Position numbers and translations under genes: made by a program
Shown: one piece after another, positions 13,354-24,593 of the stretch
Layout: every line of letters begins with the position of its first letter
Numbering within the stretch: the stretch's first letter is position 1
Notes under the pieces: generated by a model
Told to the model about the DNA's origin: nothing
The model's database searches: none
Seen by the model: the letters and a program-made list of their open reading frames with translations, nothing else
NCBI GenBank assembly: GCA_012295275.1
Contig: CM022679.1
Location: 3,472,001 to 3,536,000 of the forward strand
Direction: 5' to 3'
Source: Chrysomallon squamiferum
Lineage: Eukaryota; Animalia; Mollusca
DNA: 64,000 bases

Positions 13354-13563
13354 GCGTATGAATTCAGGGCGAGGTTTGTCTTAGTCAGTTTAAACGTCCA
13401 ATAGAACCCGCAGAAAACGTGTCCTCTTGATTTCTGATTGGCTGCACAGATAATAGTTATTCTAAAATTATGAATACGTTGGTTTATACACGTAGAAAAT
13501 TCTGATTAAAGGAAATACCTTCTATTGATTTCATTCAGATAAAACCTGTCAAATCCAGGTGGA
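13347..13563 (-). promoter_or_regulatory. Promoter of copy 0 (TATA, CCAAT, conserved upstream block)
   Basis: TATAAAA on (-) at 13347-13353, CCAAT at 13437-13441, block ATAAAACCTGTCAAATCCAGGTGGA near 13539-13563. Homologous to the promoters of A-D. Confidence 0.75.
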
Positions 13564-14089
13564 TGTTTACGTGTGTTTGTTCGTACATTTATGTATGAAT
13601 AATACATGATTTTTTTCTCTGTCACATAATATATATATATTTTTTTTTTAAAACTACAGATAGATACATGCGTTCTTATTTTCAATAAAGTCCTAAAACA
13701 ACCGATATAGATTTTTGATAATTTCTAAAACGCACACACACACACACACACACACACACGTATTGGTTTATTAATTTCTTCGGGAAGGTTAACTGTAATA
13801 TTTTTAATCGGATAACACATTTGTATGCAGCAAATTTATCGTTTTGTTCAATTGTTCATATTTTTAAGATTAAGTAAACCATAAAATGAAATCAAGTTTT
13901 TGTAAAAGTTGAGGAATGCCCCTCTCAAAGATGCAATGGCTATAAATGGATATGGTTTTTCATATTGAGATGAATGTCTTGAACTGAATTTAGAATGAAG
14001 TCAAAACAAAGTGAAAACAGTATTTTAAAATATTTGTATTATCAAAAACAAATGAATAAGAGACACTTGGGAATCTTTGTGTTATAGAT

Positions 14090-14850
14090 ATAAGTATGTT
14101 ACACTTCAAGTATTTCAAACATTTTCTAAAAACTGTATCGAAACATCGGACATAAAAAGAAAATATCATCATCTCTGTCAATTAGCATCTTTAACAATTA
14201 GGGAAAAAAATTCTGTAATAAATCTGTGAATGAAAAATACACGTAGTTCGCAGATTAGTTGAGTGAACACTGAAAAGACTGAAGTAATGTATGTGCAATA
14301 CAAAACAACACTTCTGGCAGCTTTTTCATCACTTCTTCGTTTGCGCGTTTCCAATGAAATATTCTTCTTCGTCTTGTTTGATTTCTTCGGGAATTCCAGG
14401 AAATATGCAGTCACTGGGGATTCACTGTCGATGCTCCTGTTCCAGTACAACGAGGCAGGGTTTTGAGGGAGGTAACAGGAGAATTGTCAGAAACATTCTG
14501 ATACTGTGCTGGTTTGGATATATTCGTTTGCTCGATGAAAAATGTATAGGTGGCAATTATTATTATTTATTATCAAATCCTATGGTCGTTTTTTTTCTTT
14601 TTCGAAAGGCATTGTACTCATTCTGGTGGCTGTTGTTGTCGTTGGCTAGGCAGTGTACATTGAAAGTCTTGTCGATGTTGGTCATGTTTTGCAGCTCTAA
14701 ATATTGTAGATAAGAAGATAGATATTGATATTCAGATTCAGTTGCAGCTCCTATTATTTTTCTCTCATCATCGCTGTGAAACACTTTGGTTTCAGCTTCA
14801 TCAAGAAGATGATTTAAATTACAAATATCATAGCTGGCGATGTAATGTAA
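14090..14850 (-). pseudogene. Decayed coding-like block, possibly the C-terminal half of a class A GPCR (copy 1 of 3)
   Basis: Broken (-) frames give a long hydrophilic stretch, then TRKRRSDEKAARSVVL + a hydrophobic segment (TM6-entry-like), then FYVRCFDTVFRKCLKYLKC (TM7/helix-8-like). It has frameshifts and stops. The identification is by eye only. Confidence 0.3.
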
Positions 14851-15783
14851 AGTCAGCTATTTTGTTGTGATAAATGTCGGTTATTTTTGTTATTATTATT
14901 TTTTAATATAAGAGTAAAGTCAAGAAATAAAATAAAACTAGTTAAAAGAAAATGTTATTTGTTCATGCTGCGTTTACACGAATGTGACTTATATTATAAG
15001 AAAATAAAATAATCATCTGCTACAAAAATAAAAAATAATAATAAGAAGAAGAAGAAATAGAAAAAAAGAAATAAAGAAATAAAAAATACAAAAACATAAT
15101 AATAAAAACGCCTTTCTCTGAATATGTACCTTGCACGTCGAATGATTCGCTTGAATTATTTTTACCATATCTTAGTACATCGGATTCAAAAAGTCGAATT
15201 TATATAACTAAACTGAATACTAATATTTGTAACATTTGATTCAAATTAGGTCATGTATATTAATTAACATTTTCTTTGAATTTTTTTTTACTTTGTAGAT
15301 TTCTTTATTTTCTTATTAGTGATACTATCATAATGATATAATACAGCTGGTTCAACAACAACAACAAAAACCCCAAAAGAAATTAAGATATAATGAAATA
15401 CCGTTATCCAACAAATCTTTCAGGATATTTTACCGCCTGTTAATATATACAAATCCGCACATAAACGCACACTGACACAGCTTACAGATATAGATATACT
15501 GATATATATATAGAGATTTAAATATTTATTATAAACATAAATCATTTATGTGTAGAAATAGCACACATAAATGACATTTTCGTACACATTAATATTTTTT
15601 TATTTGCTTTTACACAATAATTTTAAAAAAATTAAAAAATCCAACAAAAACACCCCATATCTATATCTATATATATATATATAAACATATGTTTTTTATT
15701 GTTTATCTGATTTTATATATAAAAAAAAAAAGAATAATAATAAAAAAAAAAGTAAATGATAATATAAAATTAAAAAAACAAAA

Positions 15784-15932
15784 AATCAGCAACTGTGATG
15801 AGCAATTGTCTTCTTTCTCAGTTCATGAGCAATTGTCCAGTTGGTATTTGTCCAGTTAGCATCTGTCCGGTGAGACAGAGCAATTGTCCAGTTAGCATCT
15901 GTCCGGTGAGGTATAGCAGTTGTCCGTACTCC
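15784..15932. mobile_element. End of a MULE-like DNA element with 36-bp subterminal repeats
   Basis: Repeats of CAATTGTCCAGTTAGCATCTGTCCGGTGAG(A/G)TAGAG ending in TGTCCGTACTCC. Inverse-complementary to the GGTGTACGGAC...GGACAATTGCTCACCACAGCTGCTGATT end at 16551-16635. Confidence 0.55.
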
Positions 15933-16550
15933 GTTCGGCTGACATGTTATTAGTGCGATTTCTGTTATAACACAGAATAATGTGTGGTTTTTGTTAAAAA
16001 AGAAAAAAAAAAACTGTCTGACTGACAGATATATTTTATTAATTTTTCTCTTCATCTAAATTTATTATGTTAGTATAAATTAGATAAGCATTATCAGTAA
16101 AACTACGTGAAATGAAATGTAATAATAAAAGGTCATCAAACTGAATTCTAGGTAACAAGTAACAGAATTTACAATAGAATTCAAAGTAAGTAGTAACACA
16201 ATTCATAATAGAATTCAAAGCAACAAGTAATAGCAAATCATAATAGAATTCTAGGTAACAAGTAACAGCAAATTATAACAGAATTCAACAATCACATAAC
16301 GTTCATAATTTTGGTTTTCACTAAGTTAGTTAATACAAATGTTAGCCGAGAAATAATTATTTAAAAAGTAAATTAGAATAACTGAGAAATATGTAAATAA
16401 TCAATCAGTTTCAGGGAATAATGAACTTGTACAAGGGACTGAACTTTTTCAGTGTAATGTTTTCTTATATCAAATAAGAATGGGACATCAAAGGAGCACT
16501 AACTAATTTTCAGACTGAATTAACAGTTTAGAAAAGTATCGTATTAAATG

Positions 16551-17207
16551 GGTGTACGGACTATTTATTGCTCACTGGCTAATTTCTCACCAGTAAAGTG
16601 ATAAATAGGACAATTGCTCACCACAGCTGCTGATTGGATTTTATCAATAAACCTTTATTTTGTGTTAGTGTATGTATGTACAAATGGTTTGGGTGATCGT
16701 GGGAATCTCTGAGAAATAAGAAAAATAAATATAAAATACGATAAAATAAATAATCCCAAAACATGGATATTTTAAACAGGTTCATCAATTCAGCATAGAC
16801 ATGTCACACTAGAATTCTTGAACATTATAATTCAGCACAATCAAATATTGTGGGAGATGTTCCGAAGGAAATCTTCTAATTCCCTGTTTCTATCAGTAAA
16901 ATCCTGACAAAGATTCTGCAGTCTGCTCTGCTTCTGCTGAGTGGACCATTTCACTCTCTTCATATGTGGCTGACGTCGCTGAGTTAGTCACAATGCCAGG
17001 CTCACATAGGTATGGTCTAAATAATCCAGATCTTCAGTATCAAGGACACTGTCACGGAGGCAATCATTTCACTTGTATTCTTTTATGTTCTTTTTGTCAG
17101 CAAAAGATTCAGTTATTTTGTATTAATAAAATAATAAATAAAATTTTATTAATACCCCCTCCATTTCTGGCTTTATTGGTGAGCAATTGTTTGGTGAGCA
17201 ATTGCCC
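16551..17207 (-). mobile_element. Internally deleted MULE-like transposon relic carrying the transposase C-terminus
   Basis: Left end GGTGTACGGAC...CAATTGCTCACC; right end GGTGAGCAATTGTTTGGTGAGCAATTGCCC (inverted motif). Inside, (-) reads MKRVKWSTQQKQSRLQNLCQDFTDRNRELEDFLRNISHNI*, similar to the C-terminal helix region of animal MULE transposases. Confidence 0.6.
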
Positions 17208-17633
17208 TTAATTTTATTAAATATATCAAGGCTGTTTTGTCATGACAAAAGATAGAGAGGAACTCTGGCAAAAGAATACAACAGGTACTCAATATAGAAG
17301 TTGAGATATGCATATTTCGTAAAGGAGGACACAAATACATTTCTAAAAAAATCTATCTTTATGCAAATTGGATAAAAATTGACGTCTTTAAGGAAGTTTT
17401 GATATTCACTTTTAAAAAGGCAAAGAATGAGAAAAAGGCAGCTGAAATTAACTAACTGGAGGCAGTAAATCACCACAAAAAGTCTTCAGCAACTTTGCCA
17501 TAAAACCTTAAAATAAAGAAAAGTAAAAATAAAAACAAAAAATCTGGGTAGAATTTCAGCAAGAATGAATTAGAATCTATCAGTTTCCACAGCATTTGTT
17601 TTTTGTTTTCCTTTGTTTAAAGAGCGATGAATC

Positions 17634-17676
<43 letters not shown>

Positions 17677-17875
17677 TTTTGAAAACTACTAAAACACAAC
17701 GAATACCAACATCTATAACACAAAATTGCACAGATTCCTGATTTCAGAAAAATATTAAATACTGCAAATTAAAAAAGGGGTTAATCATGTATTGATTTTT
17801 AATAATCCTTTAAGGTTGTACTTAATACTAAATAACAGACAAAAGTATAAGAATGTTACATCATTTTAATTTGAT

Positions 17876-20800
17876 TTAACTTGTGTTGCATACGACATTA
17901 CTGCGATAATCACAAACCAACGCATTAGGATTAAAAAGCAGTTCACCGGAACATCTCTGTAAATATGTTCGTCCATAGCTACATGAGTAGAAGGTTGCGC
18001 AATCGTTTGGATTAGGATAAAGACCAGCAACTTTTAATTTACAAAAGTTTTCATCGAAACTAGCTGCAATAAATAAAAGAATGATCTGTATTTTTCTAAC
18101 ATTTTATTTTTTGTTGTTGTTGTTTTTCTAGATTTTTATTATATTTTTTTATTTTTTGTTATTAGTAAGAAGATTGGAATCTGTAGCATTAGAGACTGAT
18201 GTGTGTATGTATTTTTCCATTATTTCAAAGTTTCTTTAAGATTTTATTATCACACTAATATACATAAAAATACCTTGAGTTGTACTTGCTTGTTGGGTTT
18301 GTGTTTTCACTGAGTCTACGGCATTCGTCAAAAGAACTGGTATTGGTGGTGGGGTTGGTTCGGGTGGTGTAGGCTTTAATACTGGTCTTGGCTTGGCCCT
18401 CCTTGACGGAACTTCAGCCATTCTAAAATTATTAAATAATTCCAAGCAGAAGGTTCTTTTCTGCAGTTATTACAGATTTAGATACAACTCAGTGGGGTGT
18501 ATTAAGCTTAGTACAGAGCAGACATTCATTATAGTTAAGGCAGTTTGCAAATTAATGAGGAAACGGTACAGTATTATCTAACAGTGACAAGTTAAGCTCT
18601 TAGTCAGATGACAAGATATTAAAAGTGTAAGGAAGGAAAATTATATTCGAAATAAGAAACAAAGATGGTACCAATATAAATTGTTAGAATTTGTACACAG
18701 TTACACACACGAAATAAACTGTATAAATTCATACATTTATTCTGGCATAAGTACACACACGTTTATAAGTGAAAACTTTTGTTGTAGAAATGATGGTCCT
18801 TTATATAACTAGATTCTGTTGGTTAATTTTATTAAGAAAAAGTTAATTAATTTGAATGATCAATGAGTCTTCTTATTCGTTTATTTATATTATGTTCAAG
18901 TTATCTTTGTAAAGGGATTAATAAATGATTTTTTAAGTATATAGTGGAACATCGATTGGATTGGTAAACACTGGAAGTGGCCGCACCATGAAGGATATAT
19001 TTTACTGCTAGTCACACTCCGAGCATGCGTTCTAACCATCGAGTTGGCTTTCTGGCCTTGTAATTACCGAACCAAGTGGTAAAAGCTGACTTATTTCACA
19101 ATTGTTATAGAGAGTATCTAAATTCAAGGATAATAATTTTTGTTCGCAATAATCATTACCTTAAAGAAAGAATAGACACTTACCGATTGGGTTCTTTACA
19201 TGGGGTAGACTGATGCATTTGATATTTGACGGCCTTTAGCAATGGATATTTGTGTTTGCCACAAAAAGTTCCAGTAAAGTCATCGCAACTTAGATCCCAG
19301 ACCATAACTCCTCCGTATCCATTCTTTTTGGCATAGCACACCTGAAAGAATGTTACATGCCGATATCATTCTCCTTCGTAATTTCAATCAAATATGTTTG
19401 TTTAGACTTTTATTTTTTATGATCCTTTAAAGTAAAAATATGAAAAACAGGAATCTCTCTCTCTCTCTGTCTAAGAGAAAGATAGATAAATAGATAGATA
19501 CATAGATACATAAATATACACACACACACATATATATATGTATATTTAAATATCTACTAACATACCTGAAATTATTTGAATACTGTTCATGCCCTCTGTC
19601 TTCGTAATTTGAAATTAACGATCCTGCTTCAGTTTGCATCAAGCAAAATACACAAATTATAAGATTGCTATTATACAAATATGTGCCTTATTTTTTCATT
19701 ATTATTTTTTCTTTTCAAAATAAATCACCCACCCGCACATCAAAAAAATAAATAAACTGAACAGTAGTTATTTTGAAATGAACGTTTGCATAACATCATT
19801 CGAAACCACAATCACAGTAACGGTGAAGGACATTTTAATACTACAGAAATGACAAAGGACATATTAATGTGACATTAAAGTGTGGAGTAATATTAAAACT
19901 ACAGTAAATATGATGATGATTTTAACACCAAAATAAGAGTGAAGTATATTTTAATACTTCAATACGTGTAAAGTGCATTTTAATACTATTATATCAGTGA
20001 AGTACATTTTAATATGGAGTATAATAATACTCTAATACAAGTAATAATGTAATGAAAATGTAGACCATTACAATGTATCGAAAATCTGCTGCTGCATACA
20101 TAACAAATTGAATAATAGAATAGAAATATTTGTCGCCCTGTATTCAAAATTTACAAGGATGTACAGTGTTTAAATTTACAGTCGATTTAGAGACTATATT
20201 TCATACAACACGCCTTAAAATTGAAAGTTATATCTAAAACTTGCCTTGTAGCGAAGACTTTCTTCAGTGGGTCCTCCGATCCATTGATTTTTGTGTAGGA
20301 CATAGAAAACTTTCTGGTCAGGTAAATATTTAAGTGCACCACCCTTATTGATTAGATCACATACCTGATTAGTTTGATTCATTTTGTTGATGTAAGAAGA
20401 GAAAAAAAATATGTATGAAAATTATTATATTTAAACAGATTTATTATTTTTAATAACATTCTCTCAGTATATATGAATGATTGTATTTCAGCAGATGATA
20501 ATCTCTCTGTCTCTCTCTCTCTGTCTCTCCATCTCTCTCGCTCTGTCTCTCTCTCTCTCTCTCAGTATTTATGTATGCACGTATCATTTACCTCATAGTA
20601 ACAGAGATGTCCGCTTACACCAGTGTAAAAGCCAGGATTTCCAGCGTATGCTGGTGAGTTTAATGCTGTACTGTCGCTAGTCAAGGTAAAAGATCGAGCA
20701 TAGAATGCTAGACCTAAAAGTAGTTTCTGTTTCGGACAGTTTTGAGCCCAAAGTCTCATCGCATAATCCTACAATAATGAGAAAAAACAACAACAATAAA

Positions 20801-21408
20801 ATTAAAAATTAAAATAATATGATAATGAAGAAGACAGAAACATACACTGACCGCGTTGTATTTGGCATCGAGCGAAGATACGTTGACATTCTTCGCTGAA
20901 TATAACTGCGTGTGGTGACCAACTTTTTTATCCCAAGAACCGTGGAAGTCGTAGGTCATGACGCTTACTAAATCTACATCTCTGAAATAGATGAAAGTAA
21001 CTGTGTAAGGCAGTAGTACGTTCTAATGAATACTAGTAAAACAAGCCGTGGTGCACCAGGATTTTCAAAATACACATCGTTTATCTCTGAATAATTTTAT
21101 GTTAAGAAACTACATTCAAAATCAATATTTTCTACTGATCGAACATAATCGAGAAATGAAATAATAGACTAAAAAGAAATTGACAAAAACTCAGATGCTG
21201 TAAATGTGTGTGTGTTTACAGAATTAATCGAAAGACTTTTATTTAATCTTTTTTATTAATCTGAAAGACCTTGCCGATGAATTTCCTTTGCGTTTCAGAT
21301 CTGATATGTTAACATGGTGTAGTTCTTAAAACATTTCGTAGACGTTAAAGTCAGAAAAAAAAATTTCTTTCCTCTTTTAACATCTCGCACTTCCTAAGGT
21401 ATTCATAG

Positions 21409-21454
<46 letters not shown>

Positions 21455-22878
21455 CAATATATTTGTTTTTTATGCGCACACTTTTTGATATATTTATATA
21501 TACTAAGACATTACTTACCTACTTGAACTAATTAATCAGTTAACATCAATGAATTACTGGTTGTTTGTTTTACGACACCCTTGCACACAATAATGATTGG
21601 CTCCTGTTGTGCACGCGTGCAAGTCCTGCACTGTGGCTATATTTGGAAGCATTTCTCTTCTTCTTCTTCGTATTATTATTATTATTGTTATTTTTATTAT
21701 TATTACTATTAACGTTTTTTAAAAGATAATGAGTTATACAAATAATCCGAATACTGTTTTTTTGATAAACGATTATACATAATTATAAAGAATGTATCTG
21801 AGTGATTTATATTACTGATTCTACCAATTAGAAGTCTAAGAAAATAATTTAGGAAATATTTAGTACATCTTCGTATTTCTAATAGAAATTTGATCTCAAA
21901 TAGTGATGTGCGAAATCTCATTGTGTCTAGTTAATTTAATATACGTAGAAAAACAAATAAACTGACTAACATCTTATAATATCTGAACTGTTTCAGTCCT
22001 AATGGTAGTTATTGCATTATCTAATCGGAAGGTTTGTTTTAATATAATTAGAAATGTGTATTTTTGATACCTGCTATAGTTGATTCAGCACAGTTTTTAT
22101 CTTTTTGATACAAACCTACATAGTTTTTTTATTTCATATGCCTTTGCAATTTCATCAAATCCAGCAGCTACAGCCATTGTTATGAGTAGTCTTGGTTGTC
22201 GAGTACGTAAAGACTCCGCTGCATACGTTATCCGCAATTGCTAAAATATATAAATAATATAATGTGATTAGACACTATGCTATCCTGCAGTATGGAAGCG
22301 GAAAAGGAAGATATTGTACAACCTGACAAGTAAATTAATATGAAGATTGAGTTTATTTACCCGTACGAGCGCAGTGAATCTCACTTTGTCAGTTGCTGGA
22401 CTTCCTCTGGAACCTGGATATTGCCAGTCTAAATCTAGACCTTGAAACTTACGTCGTCGGATGTATGTAACTGACGTTTCAGCAAAATATTTGATACCAC
22501 CAGCAATTCTGACGAGCATGGTAAATTTCCTGGTTCCCATTTTCCATCCTCCGACAGCCACCAGTCTCTTTACGTCAGGATATGGTTCAATAGTTGCTCG
22601 AAAACTCTGATATCTGGAATCAACAATAGTTATAAAATCACAAAGAACCGCAGAAGTGATGGTAGCAACAGAATCAGTAATGGCTGCTGTTGTGTTTATG
22701 ATTAGTTTTAGTATCAGTATTAGCATTAATAGTAGTAGTAGTAGTAGTAGTAGTAATAGCAATGTAGTAATAGCATTAATAAAGCAAACGAGAAAAATTA
22801 AAAGTTTTATGAAAAATTACGAACGATTTCTCTATAGATATTTTCTAAATAGAAACATTATTTCAAAAACAATAGATA

Positions 22879-22952
<74 letters not shown>

Positions 22953-23944
22953 ATAGAAAGAAAGAATATAAATGGAATGAAACATATTTTTATTAGAAAA
23001 TTATAATTTTCTGTTCCTGGTCTTGTTTTGTCCACTGTTCTTAAAGAATACACATATCAGTTATTATTATTATTACATACCCGTTCTGAGACCATGGTGA
23101 TTCGTCATTGCTGTCGTAAACTCCTAGTTCAACTGAAGGAAAAAGCTGATATTAATTCATTGTATATGCAGGACTATTAACACTACTCATATACACACTG
23201 ACATGAAAATAGACATCCACGCTTATACCGACACACAGTCAGATAAACACCAGCACAGTTTAAGTGATGTAAAGGTGTGCTAGAGAGGAACCATTGATAT
23301 TTGTACAAAATTGTGTTGGTTTATACAATGAATTTTAATGTAATACTATAAGGAAGAATTGATATTTTGAAAACATTTCTTATTTTACATTCTAAATACA
23401 TTACTCCTCTCATTACAACTGCTTTTTGTCTTACGACCATGATATAATTTATTGTTTTCATATTAGAATTCTGTGAAACGAACCTTTTCTCTCCGCATGG
23501 TTCACTTGAAGATTTGCAAAAGCAAATATGATGTGGGTACACAGCGATGGATCAATATATCTCGGAATGTATCTTCCTCTTCCGTATCTGTATTGAGGCC
23601 AGCTTGTATAGTAGCAGACGATCCAGCGGTCACCTAGCAACAAAAAGAAAGAATAAAAAGAAAGAAAGGAAAATGATAGAAACGGATAACGAGAAAAATG
23701 TCTTATTCTTTTCTAAATAAAATTAAAATGTTTGTTACTTAGTGTCATCTACAGCGGATTGTAAGAAAAACAAATAATTAGATAATACTGTTATATATAA
23801 ATTATTAGTAATGTGAATATTCTATTCGGAGCTGAAATTAAGAATAAAAATGGACCTCACTGTACCTTTAGTCAAAACATTAAGTGGCAAGAACACGAAT
23901 ACTCCAGCCAGAGTGACCAACATAGATATACAGAACGTAACCAT
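17876..23944 (-). CDS. Secreted GH18 chitinase-like protein with CBM14, copy A (526 aa), catalytic Glu>Gln (FQGLDLDWQYPG), predicted non-hydrolytic
   Basis: Coding exons: 23944-23866 (signal peptide MVTFCISMLVTLAGVFVFLPLNVLTK), 23633-23484 ([20 protein letters not shown]), 23132-23081, 22613-22361 (AVGGW, DLDWQYP), 22240-22116, 20981-20852 (MTYDFHGSW), 20768-20592, 20364-20245 (GC donor), 19341-19184 (GGVMVWDLSCDDF), 18422-18274 (Pro/Thr linker), 18063-17876 (6-Cys CBM14). All phases are compatible; total 1581 nt. Confidence 0.93.
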
Positions 23945-24014
23945 CTGAAATGACAAGAACGAGAACAGCTATAACAGCAATAATAATAATATAAAAGTAA
24001 AACATACAGTGATA

Positions 24015-24076
<62 letters not shown>

Positions 24077-24306
24077 ACAGACGAATAATTAAAAAGAATG
24101 TATATGTGACTGTTATTTTTGTTCTTTTTCTGAATAAAATGGTATAATTAATCATATTTTAGAACGCAGATAATGTAATAAATAGATTTGTAGTGAAGGA
24201 AAAAAATATATTTAACTGACTTTATATATATCGAAGCTTTTCTGTTAATAAAAGGTCGGAAATACACTAAAGAAATCATCAAAACGTATCACCAGTATAA
24301 AAATAT

Positions 24307-24593
24307 CTTACCTTGACAATTAAAAAGAAGAAAAAAATTCCAATTTGTTTCTCTAACAGCGGATAACTCCAGGGTGTTTTATAGCGTATGAATTCAGGGC
24401 GAGATGTGTTTTAGGCAGTTTAAACGTCCAACAGAACCTGCAGAAAACGTGTCCTTTTGATTTCTGATTGGCTACACAGATAATAGTTATTCTAAAATTA
24501 TGAATATGTTTGTTTACAGACGTAGAAAATTCTGATTAAAGGAAATAACTTCGATTGATTTCATTCAGATAAAACCTGTCAAATCCAGCTGGA
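24307..24593 (-). promoter_or_regulatory. Promoter and short non-coding exon 1 of copy A
   Basis: Donor AG|GTAAG at 24307-24311, TATAAAA at 24377-24383, CCAAT at 24467-24471, block ATAAAACCTGTCAAATCCAGCTGGA at 24569-24593. Confidence 0.75.

Noticed and set aside
18945-19060. Possible old tRNA-derived SINE head in the intron before the linker exon (also ~30590-30670 and ~42520-42605), and a SINE-tail-like stretch at ~21560-21610
   Set aside because: Too degenerate to show A/B boxes or a tRNA fold; not supportable without a repeat library.
22280-22762. Track ORFs with poly-Leu 'signal peptides' fused to the catalytic exon (also 33587-33976, 46203-46658, 56754-57206)
   Set aside because: The hydrophobic leaders are intronic (TAC/TAT)n repeats. 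The true signal peptide is on a separate upstream exon with proper splice sites.
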